DNA of 64,000 nucleotides from Candidatus Latescibacterota bacterium (GTDB lineage: Bacteria; Latescibacterota; UBA2968; UBA8231): contig CBDETY010000003.1 of the NCBI GenBank assembly GCA_965243025.1, positions 3,456,001-3,520,000 on the forward strand. Direction: 5' to 3'. Shown here piece after piece: positions 8,940 to 18,501 of the stretch. The notes beneath the pieces are model-generated. The model had not been told where the DNA came from. It did no database searches and saw only the letters and a list, made by a program, of their open reading frames with translations. A program made the translations under genes and the position numbers. The first letter of the stretch is position 1, and the number at the start of each line of letters is the position of its first letter.

Positions 8940-10043
8940 ATGAAACGCGTGTCGATCTACCTCCTAAGTGCAGCGATTGTCGTTGCCGCGATTTTCGTCT
9001 GCCTGTTCTTGCGTCCCGACATTGCATCCCGGGTCTTTTTCGGAACGGCTCCCCGACCAGTTGGGATGAAACTCAAGCAGGCTCACGACGTGCCCGCTGC
9101 AGACGAAAAGACCGCGGCCATCACAGCGGCTGCAAGGCTCTTTCTGGACTCGCTGGACGACAATCAGAGACAGGCGGCGACATATCGATTCAGCGACAAC
9201 GCACAGCGTTCGAACTGGTCGAACTTCCCCGAGGGCATGGTTCCGCGTGGCGGTGTAAAGCTCGGTGTTCTCTCCGAATCACAGCGGGCGAATCTCGACA
9301 AGCTCCTCGGGGAGCTCCTGAGTGAAGAGGGCGTCAGAAATATCACTTGGCAACTGGCCGCAGAGGACATGCTGATCCCGGGAGACCTGTCCGGCGTCAT
9401 GAAATACGGCAGTGAGTTTTTTTACGCTGCATTTCTCGGGGAACCGTCGACTGCAGAGCCCTGGATGTTTCAGTTCGGCGGGCACCACCTCGCAATAAAC
9501 GCCACAGTATTCGGAGCGAACGTTTCCTTTTCACCGATGCTGACCGGCGGCCAACCCCTGCACCTTCGCCATGACGGCGACGACATCTTCATCACGGAGA
9601 GGGAAACTGCGGCAGCGCAGGCGTTCATGAACAGCCTTGCGGACGATCAGATAGAGCAGGCCGTTCGTGCAGAGCAGCCCATCGACCTCTTGCTGGGGCC
9701 GGGAAAGTATGGCGCAACCGTTGCGCCGGAAGGCATCAGGGGCAGCGAACTTACAGTCTTGCAGAGAACGCTGCTGCTGTATGTGATCGAAGCCCGTCTG
9801 GGTTTCATGAACGATGACGACTATGCCGAAAAAATGAAGGCCGTGGAGGCCGGGATCGAGGACACATACTTTGGATGGTGGGGGCGGCAGGATGTCCCGG
9901 GCGCAGCGTATTTCCGCGTGACCGGCCCGTCCCTGGTGCTCGAATACGCGGTTCAGAACGGCGAAGGCCCCGTAGATCACGCCCACAGCATGTATCGCGA
10001 GCCTGACAACGACTACGGTTCCGCGTGGGTCGGGGCCGAATGA
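8940..10043 (+). CDS. DUF3500 family exported or membrane-anchored protein
   Basis: N-terminal hydrophobic segment; WSNFP, FGGHHLAIN, YFRVTGPSLVLEY, HAHSMYREPDNDYG. Confidence 0.75.
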   Translation: MKRVSIYLLSAAIVVAAIFVCLFLRPDIASRVFFGTAPRPVGMKLKQAHDVPAADEKTAAITAAARLFLDSLDDNQRQAATYRFSDNAQRSNWSNFPEGMVPRGGVKLGVLSESQRANLDKLLGELLSEEGVRNITWQLAAEDMLIPGDLSGVMKYGSEFFYAAFLGEPSTAEPWMFQFGGHHLAINATVFGANVSFSPMLTGGQPLHLRHDGDDIFITERETAAAQAFMNSLADDQIEQAVRAEQPIDLLLGPGKYGATVAPEGIRGSELTVLQRTLLLYVIEARLGFMNDDDYAEKMKAVEAGIEDTYFGWWGRQDVPGAAYFRVTGPSLVLEYAVQNGEGPVDHAHSMYREPDNDYGSAWVGAE

Positions 10044-10143
10044 TCGAACGAGGCCGCTCATGTCTGCGTTCAGGAAGGCCGCGCCGTTGTTTCCCTTGAA
10101 ATTTGATTCTGACGATCCCGACCACCCCAGCGAAAGCCGAGCC

Positions 10144-11382
10144 ATGAACCGGACCGAACGGAACCGCCTGCACCCCCTCGAGGGAATCGAGCGCCAGAAC
10201 GTCTCCATCACCGGCCTCGAGGTCACCCTGCTCTCCTGCGAGTACCCGCCCGAGGAGCAGCTGCTCGTCGTGCGCAACGTCTGGTGGAAGTCCGACTCCA
10301 TCATCGTCCAGATCCACACCGACCAGGGAGTGACCGGCCTCGGCGGGGCCAGCCGCTACAACGGGGGCGGGTGCTGCCTGCCGGCGAAGCAATACCTCGA
10401 GGAGGTCGTCGGCCCCAGCCTGATCGGGAAGAACCCCTTCGACCTCGACCGCTTCGCCTGGGGCGGCGCCACCAGCATCGGGCGCTGCGCCTGGGCCGGA
10501 GCCGATGCCGCCCTCTTCGACCTCATCGGCAAGCTCACCGGCCGGCCGGTGTACGACCTGCTCGCCGTCGACGCCGAGCCGGATACGCGCCTGCGCGTGT
10601 ACGCCAGCGCCGGCGTCAAGTACGCCTGGTACGACCGCCCCGAGCAGCTGGTCGAAGAAGCCGCGGCCATGAAGGAGCAGGGGTTCACCGCCTACAAGTT
10701 CCGCCCCGGAACCGAGTGGGAGTTCAGCGGCATGACCGTCGACAAGTTCATCCCCTGGCTCGAGCGGGTACGCGCCGCGGTCGGGGACGGCTTCGACCTC
10801 GCCCTCGAGCTGCGCCCCTGGTCGCTGGAGGAGGCCCTGCAGCTCGCCCCCGTCCTCGAAGAGCTGCGCTTCACCTGGTTCGAGGAGCCGATGGACCGGC
10901 GGGGAGACGACGCCTTCGACCGCTACCTGCGGCTGCAGGAGGCGCTGCCGACGGTGATGATCTCGGGGGGCGAGTCCTGCTGGAACAGCCACGAGCTCAA
11001 GGAGTGGGTCGACCGCGGGGCCATCGAGATGCCGCAGCCGGACGCCGGCCGCATCGGCCTGATGGAAGCCTGGCGGGTGGTGCGCATGGCCGCCTCGCAC
11101 GGCAGGGTGTTCTGCCCCCACAACTGGGGGGACGGCAGCTGCACCCTCGCCAACGCCGCCCTCGTGGCGGCCAGCCCGAACGCGCTGATGCTGGAGCAGT
11201 TCGAGACCTGGGATCCGCTGCGCACCGAGATCTTCACCGACCCGCTGGTGGTGGTGGACGGGTACATGGACCTGCCGGACCGGCCCGGCTTCGGCATGGA
11301 GCTGGCGCCCGATCTCGAGAAGCGGTTTCCCTACAAGCCAGGGGGGTACAGCGCCCGCCCGAACCCGGTGATCTGCGGGTAG
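10144..11382 (+). CDS. mandelate racemase/muconate lactonizing enzyme family (enolase superfamily)
   Basis: DAALFDLIGKLTGRPVYDLL, WFEEP, GGES, QPD, HNW, PDRPGFG. Confidence 0.9.
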   Translation: MNRTERNRLHPLEGIERQNVSITGLEVTLLSCEYPPEEQLLVVRNVWWKSDSIIVQIHTDQGVTGLGGASRYNGGGCCLPAKQYLEEVVGPSLIGKNPFDLDRFAWGGATSIGRCAWAGADAALFDLIGKLTGRPVYDLLAVDAEPDTRLRVYASAGVKYAWYDRPEQLVEEAAAMKEQGFTAYKFRPGTEWEFSGMTVDKFIPWLERVRAAVGDGFDLALELRPWSLEEALQLAPVLEELRFTWFEEPMDRRGDDAFDRYLRLQEALPTVMISGGESCWNSHELKEWVDRGAIEMPQPDAGRIGLMEAWRVVRMAASHGRVFCPHNWGDGSCTLANAALVAASPNALMLEQFETWDPLRTEIFTDPLVVVDGYMDLPDRPGFGMELAPDLEKRFPYKPGGYSARPNPVICG

Positions 11383-11465
11383 GCTCGGATTGTAAAGGAC
11401 TGCGGACACCCCATGTGCGGCGGAAACTCACCCTGCCGGGTCGAGCCCCGGCGCGACCCGATTCC

Positions 11466-12413
11466 ATGGCGCACCCCGTGACCCCCGCATCAACCACACC
11501 GCGCGTCCTCGTCCTCGGCGGCATCAACATGGGGCTGATCACCCGCGCCGAAACCCTGCCGGGCCCCGGCGAAACCCTGCGCGGCGAGCGCTTCTACAGC
11601 TCCCCCGGCGGCAAGGGGGCGACCCAGGCGGTGGCCGCCTCCCGCCAGGGCGCCCGCGTCAAGATGGTGGGCCGCGTCGGCGACGACCTCTTCGGCCCCG
11701 CCCTTCTCGAATCCCTGCGCTCGCACCGGGTCGACACCGCCGGCGTCGCCGTCGATCCGGAAGCTGCGTCCGGGGTCGGCGTCATCCTCGTCGACGGCAG
11801 CGGCCAGAACCGGGTCCTGGCGACCTACGGCGCCAACCTGCGCTGCGGGGAGGAGCAGTCGCTGGCGGTCGAGGCCGCCCTGCCGGAGACCGACGTCCTG
11901 CTGTTGCAGATGGAGATCCCTCTCGACCTGTCCCTGCGGGCCGCGAGAGCCGCCAGGGACCGGAACGTCCGCGTCATCCTCGACCCGGCCCCGGCTGCCG
12001 ACATCCCGGCGGACGCCTTCGCGGCGTTCGATATCATCGCGCCGAACCAGACGGAAGCGGAGTATCTTGTCGGCGTCGCCGTCGACGGGGTGGAGTCGGC
12101 CGCTCGAGTCGCCGGCCTGCTTCTCGAACGGGGGGCACCTGCCGCGGTGATAAAGATGGGGGAGCTGGGAGCCTGTTACAGGAGCGGCGGCGAGGTGGGG
12201 TTCGTCCCTCCCTTCGCGGTCGAAGCGGTCGACACCACCTCGGCGGGAGACGCCTTTCACGGCGCCCTCGCGGTGGCCCTGGCGGAAGGCAGGACCTTGA
12301 GGGAGGCCGTCACCTTCGCCGCCGCCGCCGGAGCCCTGGCGGTCACCCGGCCCGGCGTGCAGGACTCGATGCCGCGGCGCGCCGAAGTCGAGGAGCTGCT
12401 CGCCCGGGGGTAG
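11466..12413 (+). CDS. rbsK: ribokinase
   Basis: PGGKGATQAVAA, GRVGDD, PNQTEA, DTTSAGDAF (PfkB signatures). Confidence 0.85.
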   Translation: MAHPVTPASTTPRVLVLGGINMGLITRAETLPGPGETLRGERFYSSPGGKGATQAVAASRQGARVKMVGRVGDDLFGPALLESLRSHRVDTAGVAVDPEAASGVGVILVDGSGQNRVLATYGANLRCGEEQSLAVEAALPETDVLLLQMEIPLDLSLRAARAARDRNVRVILDPAPAADIPADAFAAFDIIAPNQTEAEYLVGVAVDGVESAARVAGLLLERGAPAAVIKMGELGACYRSGGEVGFVPPFAVEAVDTTSAGDAFHGALAVALAEGRTLREAVTFAAAAGALAVTRPGVQDSMPRRAEVEELLARG

Positions 12414-12600
12414 TCCCCTGCCGCCAGAATGTTCAAAGATGGTTGGCCCGGGACCGAGAGGGCGAGCGCCCCCAGGCTGCCGTTCTGCATTTGCCGCTGG
12501 CTGGGCGCGCGAGATCGACATCCGCCGCGCTGGACCCACCGGCCGCGCGGGAGGCCCCTTTGCCACGACCCAACGGAAAAATGCCGGCCGGAAGGTCAGC

Positions 12601-12711
12601 AGGCTGCCGGGGGGAGGGTCTTACGAGGCCCGACGTCCCAGGCCGGCGAGAGAATGGATCCGGCCGAAGGGAATCCGGCCGAAGGGAATCCGCCCTTCTA
12701 CCCCCGGCAGC
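12601..12711. repeat. palindromic element E1 (GCTGCCGGGGG ... CCCCCGGCAGC)
   Basis: 11-bp perfect terminal inverted repeat; contains an internal 15-bp tandem duplication ATCCGGCCGAAGGGA x2. Confidence 0.75.
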
Positions 12712-12713
12712 GA

Positions 12714-13145
12714 TCATTTCTTCGTCCCCTCTCCGGAAAATTCGACGAAGACGGGCACCTTTTTCTTCACTGACAGATCGGACGCCTCAGCGAATCCCTC
12801 CATCACTTCTTCATAGGTGGCGCCGTACTGGAGGGGAACCACCTGCGCCGAACCACTCAAAGCGGGCATGTGTCCGCAGGTGACGGTGACCGTGATTGGC
12901 GTATAAATCCCGGCAGTCAATCCGGCCACCACCTGATTGAGGAAGGAATGCCGCGTTTCGACCACTGCGACACCCCTGGGACACACCTTTTCCGCCTGGA
13001 CCACCTGCGGAGGGATCAGGCCGAATACCCAACTGTGCACCCATTGGGAATGCTTGTCGAAGGACGGGGCAAACCCGGTTTCGACCGTCGCCCGGTAGCA
13101 GCCGGCAGTCAGAAACAGGGCGGCAAGGCCAATTCTGAACCACAT
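12714..13145 (-). CDS. Bor/Iss family lipoprotein with C-terminal extension
   Basis: Lipobox LTAGC; SWVFGLIPP, CPRGVAVVETRHSFLN, LTAGIYTPITVTVTC. Confidence 0.78.
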   Translation of the reverse strand: MWFRIGLAALFLTAGCYRATVETGFAPSFDKHSQWVHSWVFGLIPPQVVQAEKVCPRGVAVVETRHSFLNQVVAGLTAGIYTPITVTVTCGHMPALSGSAQVVPLQYGATYEEVMEGFAEASDLSVKKKVPVFVEFSGEGTKK

Positions 13146-13416
13146 TGGAAGCTTTTGAGTTTGAAGGGATCCGGGAGTTCCACGAGAGGGGGGCCCGATT
13201 CTTCAGTGCCGAGGCTGGATGCCTCGGGGAACCACTCCATTACTACCGGGGATCGAAAAAAGGGGCCTGCAGCTGGTCCCTCCGCGCCACCTGGTCAGGA
13301 TCGCGGCACTTCAGGCTTTCCCCCCAGACTGCAGACCCTTCAGGCGCAGGTTTCCCGCGGAATGCGAGTCACCCGAGTAAAACCGGTTCCAGAGGAAGCA
13401 TGCATATCCTTGTTGA

Positions 13417-13521
13417 AGGCTACCGGGGGAGAGTGAACCCGTGCTATGGGCACTTGCGGAAGGTGGGGTCCACTCGGGGAAACCGAAAAGGCGGCACGTG
13501 TTTCCCTTTTTCCCCCGGTAG
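13417..13521. repeat. palindromic element E2 (CTACCGGGGGA ... TCCCCCGGTAG)
   Basis: 11-bp perfect inverted repeat at 13420-13430 and 13511-13521, with an imperfect inward extension. Confidence 0.75.
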
Positions 13522-13525
13522 GAGC

Positions 13526-13614
13526 AGGCTGCCGGGGCGTGATTCCTTGAGGACAACGGGCCGGCGGGAAAGGATTACCCATCCATCGACCTCTACCCTT
13601 CACCACCCCGGCAG
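13526..13614. repeat. palindromic element E3 (CTGCCGGGG ... CCCCGGCAG)
   Basis: 9-bp perfect inverted repeat at 13529-13537 and 13606-13614. Confidence 0.65.
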
Positions 13615-13644
13615 ATTGCGATCTTCTCTTGCAATCGGTGCAAT

Positions 13645-13944
13645 TCACGAGGGATGTCCTACTGCTTTGGTTAGTTGTGTCCCTACGGCAAACATCCCCA
13701 AGCCTGTGAAGGCAAATCCAACCAGTTTTTTAGCGCCCCCGTTCGGTTCTTCCAATCCCAACAGGTAGGCGATCACAACAAACCCGCACCAGACCCAACA
13801 AGTGATTCCGCCTGCCAAAAACCCGACTCGCCAAAACGCAGATTCTTTAAATCGAGGTCTGGTTTTCAGGTAGATCGTCAATCCGGTCAGAATGATGATT
13901 GCCGCCACGACTTGCGAAGTAACTGCGAGAACCAGAACACTCAC
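13645..13944 (-). CDS. small membrane protein, about 3 TM, hypothetical
   Basis: Probable GTG start at 13944; three hydrophobic stretches; lower GC than flanking genes. Confidence 0.55.
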   Translation of the reverse strand: MSVLVLAVTSQVVAAIIILTGLTIYLKTRPRFKESAFWRVGFLAGGITCWVWCGFVVIAYLLGLEEPNGGAKKLVGFAFTGLGMFAVGTQLTKAVGHPS

Positions 13945-13985
13945 CTGAGACAACCCCCACTCCCGTGGAAATCGAAGGCATTCGC

Positions 13986-14084
13986 AGGCTACCGGGGGGG
14001 GAGGATTTTCCCCCACCGAGGGAACCGGGGAACAGGTTGAATACCCGGTTGCCCTCGATACTTCATCCTCTCGCCCCCGGTAGC
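13986..14084. repeat. palindromic element E4 (GCTACCGGGGG ... CCCCCGGTAGC)
   Basis: 11-bp perfect inverted repeat plus inner stem CGAGGG-AACCGGG / CCCGGTT-G-CCCTCG. Confidence 0.78.
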
Positions 14085-14092
14085 GGCAAATG

Positions 14093-14185
14093 GACTGCCG
14101 GGAGGTTCTGGCCAACAGGCCGGCCGCCGACACGGAAGAAAGAACCGACCTGCAGAGCCTCGCCTCGCTTCACCCCCCGGCAGCC
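14093..14185. repeat. palindromic element E5 (CTGCCGGGAGGT ... ACCCCCCGGCAG)
   Basis: 12-bp inverted repeat with one mismatch. Confidence 0.62.
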
Positions 14186-14709
14186 AGTTGGGGATCTTCA
14201 GTCACACGGTGCTTGCACAGCCACGGGTCCCCTCCTACCGTTCGCGGCCACCACTCTCCGGGTCGGACCGGCGGGCATGCTTCCTGTTTGCCGTCCTCTT
14301 CCGGGGTCGCCGGAAACCGCGAAGGAGCAGCAGCCCGGGAGAGATCCCCGTCGGGATCCTCCGTCCGGACATGGGCGCCGTCGCCGTTCGTGAGTACAGC
14401 GGAAGTCATGGAAGTTTCGTCTCCTTGCCAGCCGCCCCACCTGCCGGTATAAACAGATCCCCGCTCCGGGGTTATACCGGACATCGGAGGGACACGCGAC
14501 CTGTGCAGATAACGACAGCAAAAAACGGGTGACAATGAAGGCCTTATCGATGATATTTCAGTGACTTTTTCGAACTTTTGGCCTGTCATGGCTCGACACG
14601 GGTATAGTGGCCCCGATTCGGGGCGAACGACTCCATCGCCCCCTGCGGCGTCCGGCCGAGCCTGACGACGGGGAAAACCCGCGAACTCGGTTCATTTCGG
14701 GGTGAGACG

Positions 14710-17067
14710 ATGACTGAAACCGACAAGCGCGATCAGGAGATATCCGAGCTGCGGGACCGCCTGTCCCGCCTGAGCGAGGCCGGCCTGCGCATCAACGAGA
14801 GCCTCGATCTGGATACGGTTTTGCAGGGGATTCTGGACAGCGCCCGGGAGCTGACCGACGCCGGCTACGGCGTGATAGCCACCTCTGACGATTCAGGGCG
14901 GGTGGAAGACTTCATTGCCTCCGGCATGACTGTCCGGGAGTCGCAGCATCTACGGGAGAAGACCCGGGAGGAGAAGTTCTGCCGCATTCCAGGACCCCGA
15001 AGAGTCCGGGACTTTGCCAGCTACACCCGGTTGCTGGGTATCCCCGAATTCCGCCCGCCAATGGAGATGGGATCATTCCTGGCGGCCCCGATTCGCCACC
15101 AGGACGAGTGGAAGGGCAACATCTACCTCGCCAAGAAGGAACCCGGAAAGAATTTCAGCCGGGAGGACGAGGGGATCCTGGCGATGTTCGCGTCTCAGGC
15201 GGCCCTGGCAATAGCCAACGCCCACCGCTACCGGGAGGAGCGCCGGGCAAAGGCCGATCTGGAAACGCTGATCGACACTTCACCGGTGGGGGTAATTGTC
15301 TTCGACGCCCGGACCGGCGTCCCGGTGTCGTACAACCGGGAAGCGGGAAGAATCGTCAACGGCCTGCGCAGTCCGAACCAGTCGAAGGAGCAGCTGCTCG
15401 AGGTGGTTACCTTCCGCCGCGCGGACGGGCGCGAGATCTCCCTTGAGGAGTTCCCCCTGGCGCAGGCGCTGAGCATCGGGGAGACGGTCCGCGCCGAGGA
15501 GATCGTCATCCAGGTCCCGGACGGCCGCTCGGTCACCACACTGATCAACGCCACACCGATCCGCTCGGAGGAGGGTGAGGTGGAGTCGGTGGTCGTGACC
15601 ATGCAGGACATGACGGCCCTGGAGGAACTGGAGCGGTTGCGGGCCGAGTTCCTCGGCATGGTCAGCCACGAGCTGCGGGTCCCGCTGACCTCGATCCGGG
15701 GCTCGGCGAGCGCCCTCCTGGACGCCTCGTCCGACCTCGACCCGGCGGAGATGCGCCAGTTTTTCCTGATCATCCTGCAGCAGGCGGACAGCATGCGGGA
15801 GCTGATCGGGGACCTTCTCGACGTTGCGCGTATCGAGACCGGCACGCTGCCGGTAACACCCGAACCCGCCGAAATCGCAGACATGGTCGACCGGGCAAGG
15901 AACACCTTCCTGAGCGGCGGGGGCAGGAACCCTCTCGACATCGACCTCCCCACGGACCTGCCGCTGGTTATGGCGGACAAGAGGCGCATCGTCCAGGTCC
16001 TGGGCAACCTGCTGTCAAACGCGGCCAGACACTCTCCGGAATCGTCCGCCATCCGCGTTACCGCCGTCAGGGAGAACCTCCACGTCGCGGTATCCGTCAC
16101 CGACCAGGGCAGGGGGATTTCCCCGGAGCGGATACCGCACCTGTTCAGAAAGTTCGTCGCCGGGGGCGGGGAGGGAGAGCGGGAGCCTGACGGGTCCGGG
16201 ATGGGCCTTGCCATCTGCAAGGGTATACTGGAAGCCCTCGGGGGCCGCATCTGGGCCGAAAGCGGCGGTCCCGGAACGGGCGCCCGGTTCACCTTCACGA
16301 TCCCGGCGGTCGAAGAGGCCGAAACCGTCCCGCCCCCATACTCCCGGCGCTCCCGGAAGAACGCGCGGGAGAGGGCGCGCATCCTCGTGGTGGACGACGA
16401 CCCGCAGACGCTCAGGTACGTGCGGAATGCGCTCTCCAGAGCGAGCTACGAACCGATAGTGAGCGCCGACCCCAAGGAGGCGCTCCTGCTCATGCAGGAG
16501 AACCGGCCTCACCTGGTCCTGCTGGACCTGGTGTTGCCCGGAACCGACGGCATCGTGTTGATGGGGGACCTCCATGCCATGGCCGACGTGCCTGTCATTT
16601 TCCTGTCGGGCTACGGAAGGGATGAAATCATCGCACAGGCCTTCGAGAAAGGGGCCGCCGACTACATCGTCAAGCCCTTCTCCCCTACGGAGCTGGTGGC
16701 CAGGGTCCGGGCTGCCCTGCGCAGGGGCGAGGTCGGCAGGGAGGCCGAACCGACCGAACCCTATGTGCTGGGCGACCTGACGGTCGACTACTCCGAGCGC
16801 CGCGTGACCGTGGCCGGCCGTACGCTGAAGCTGACCCCGGCGGAGTACGACCTGCTGTTCGAGCTTTCGGTCAACGCCGGACGGGTGGTGCCTCACCATC
16901 AACTGCTGCGAAGGATCTGGGGGCCGGGGCATTCCGGGGACATGCGTCCGGTCCGCACCCTCGTCAAGAGACTGCGCCGCAAGCTCGGCGAGGACGCCGC
17001 CAACCCCACCTACCTCTTTGCCGAACCGCGCGTGGGCTACCGCATGCCCGAGGGACAGAAACCGTGA
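14710..17067 (+). CDS. cytoplasmic hybrid sensor kinase/response regulator (GAF-PAS-HisKA-HATPase-REC-OmpR wHTH)
   Basis: VSHELRVPLT (H box), NLLSNA, DQGRGI, GSGMGLAIC, ILVVDDD, LLDLVLP, DYIVKPF, LTPAEYDLL, EPRVGYR. Confidence 0.92.
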   Translation: MTETDKRDQEISELRDRLSRLSEAGLRINESLDLDTVLQGILDSARELTDAGYGVIATSDDSGRVEDFIASGMTVRESQHLREKTREEKFCRIPGPRRVRDFASYTRLLGIPEFRPPMEMGSFLAAPIRHQDEWKGNIYLAKKEPGKNFSREDEGILAMFASQAALAIANAHRYREERRAKADLETLIDTSPVGVIVFDARTGVPVSYNREAGRIVNGLRSPNQSKEQLLEVVTFRRADGREISLEEFPLAQALSIGETVRAEEIVIQVPDGRSVTTLINATPIRSEEGEVESVVVTMQDMTALEELERLRAEFLGMVSHELRVPLTSIRGSASALLDASSDLDPAEMRQFFLIILQQADSMRELIGDLLDVARIETGTLPVTPEPAEIADMVDRARNTFLSGGGRNPLDIDLPTDLPLVMADKRRIVQVLGNLLSNAARHSPESSAIRVTAVRENLHVAVSVTDQGRGISPERIPHLFRKFVAGGGEGEREPDGSGMGLAICKGILEALGGRIWAESGGPGTGARFTFTIPAVEEAETVPPPYSRRSRKNARERARILVVDDDPQTLRYVRNALSRASYEPIVSADPKEALLLMQENRPHLVLLDLVLPGTDGIVLMGDLHAMADVPVIFLSGYGRDEIIAQAFEKGAADYIVKPFSPTELVARVRAALRRGEVGREAEPTEPYVLGDLTVDYSERRVTVAGRTLKLTPAEYDLLFELSVNAGRVVPHHQLLRRIWGPGHSGDMRPVRTLVKRLRRKLGEDAANPTYLFAEPRVGYRMPEGQKP

Positions 17068-17181
17068 CCGTGGGAAGCCGGGGCTTGCAGACGCCGCGGC
17101 GGCGGGGCTCCGGCGCGGCCGGTGTCGAACAGCCGCGCGTCCGGGTCGAGCCCCGTTTTCGGGTTTCCGCGAACCCCCGCC

Positions 17182-18501
17182 CTACCCGCCGTAGACCAGG
17201 CGGGGCAGCCACAGGGCGATGCCGGGAAAGGCCAGCACCAGGCCCAGGCCTATAAGCTGCAGAACGATGAAGGGCAGGACCCCCGCGAAGATGTCCTGCA
17301 GACTGATCCCGGGGGGCGCCACCCCTTTCAGGTAGAAGGCGGCCGGGCCGAAGGGCGGGGACAGGTAGGAGACCTGCATGTTCATGCAGAACAGCACCCC
17401 GAACCAGACCGGGTCGTACCCGAGGGCAACGACGATCGGCACGAAGATCGGCACCGTGAGCAGGAGGATGCCGACCCAGTCCATGAACAGGCCCATGACG
17501 ACGAGGATGCCCATCATGACGGCGATGACGAACACCGGGTCGAGCTCGAGCCCGGTGACCGCGGAGCGGACGAAGCGCATCCCGCCGAGGAGGTTGTACA
17601 CCCCGATCAGCGCCGTGGCCCCGAAGGTCAGCCACAGCAGCATGCCGCAGGTGTTCATCGTCTGCCGGATCGACTCGCGCACGACTTTCCAGGACAGCTC
17701 CCTGCGCACCAGGGCGGCGGCGAGGGTGCCGACGACTCCCATGCCCGCCGCCTCGCTTACCGAGGCGATGCCTGCATATATGCTGCCGAGCACCCAGGCG
17801 GCCACCGTCAGTGGCAGGACGAGGTCCTTGAAGAGGGCGAGCTTCTCCCTGACCGGCATGTCCCGCTCCTCCGGCGGGGCCGGCGGCCCGAGCCGCGGGT
17901 TGAGGTTGCAGCGCACCAGGATGTAGAACAGGTAGAGCCCGGCGAGGACGAAGGCCGGGGCGATGGTCGCCAGGAACAGGTCGCCGATGGGGACGTTGGC
18001 GGTCAGACCGTAGATGATCAGCACCACGCTCGGGGGGATCATCGTGCCGAGCGAGCCCCCGGCGCATATGGTGCCGATGGCGATGTTCTTGTTGTACCCC
18101 AGGCGCAGCATCTGCGGCAGGGCGATCATCCCGAGGAGGACGATCTCCCCCCCGATGATTCCCGTCATCGCCGCCATGATCATCGCCGCCAGCAGGGTCT
18201 GCACCGCGAGGCCTCCGCGCAGGCCCCCGGCCCACACGTGCATGGCCCGGTAGAGGTCGCGGGCGACGCCGGTGCGCTCCATGAGCGAGGCCATCAGGAT
18301 GAACATCGGCACCGCCACGAGGACGTACTCGCTCATGAAGCTGTAGATGCGGCTCGAGATCAGGCCGAGCACAACCGGGCCGAACTTCAGCAGTCCGACC
18401 GTAACCGCGACCGCCCCGGTGACGAACGCCAGGGGCAGGCCCATGACCAGCAGCGCCGCCATCGCCAGGACGATGACGAGGGTCAGCAGGCCGATGTCCA
18501 T
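17182..18501 (-). CDS. dctM: TRAP transporter large permease
   Basis: GTICAGGSLGTMIPPS, MQVSYLSPPFG; polytopic membrane protein. Confidence 0.92.
   Translation of the reverse strand: MDIGLLTLVIVLAMAALLVMGLPLAFVTGAVAVTVGLLKFGPVVLGLISSRIYSFMSEYVLVAVPMFILMASLMERTGVARDLYRAMHVWAGGLRGGLAVQTLLAAMIMAAMTGIIGGEIVLLGMIALPQMLRLGYNKNIAIGTICAGGSLGTMIPPSVVLIIYGLTANVPIGDLFLATIAPAFVLAGLYLFYILVRCNLNPRLGPPAPPEERDMPVREKLALFKDLVLPLTVAAWVLGSIYAGIASVSEAAGMGVVGTLAAALVRRELSWKVVRESIRQTMNTCGMLLWLTFGATALIGVYNLLGGMRFVRSAVTGLELDPVFVIAVMMGILVVMGLFMDWVGILLLTVPIFVPIVVALGYDPVWFGVLFCMNMQVSYLSPPFGPAAFYLKGVAPPGISLQDIFAGVLPFIVLQLIGLGLVLAFPGIALWLPRLVYGG

Noticed and set aside
12601-14185. Classical integron attC array
   Set aside because: No RYYYAAC/GTTRRRY cores and no intI in the window; kept only as an unclassified palindrome array
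14170-14589. Minus-strand ORF upstream of the palindrome array
   Set aside because: No recognisable motif, overlaps E5 and the regulator promoter region; cannot be supported as a CDS
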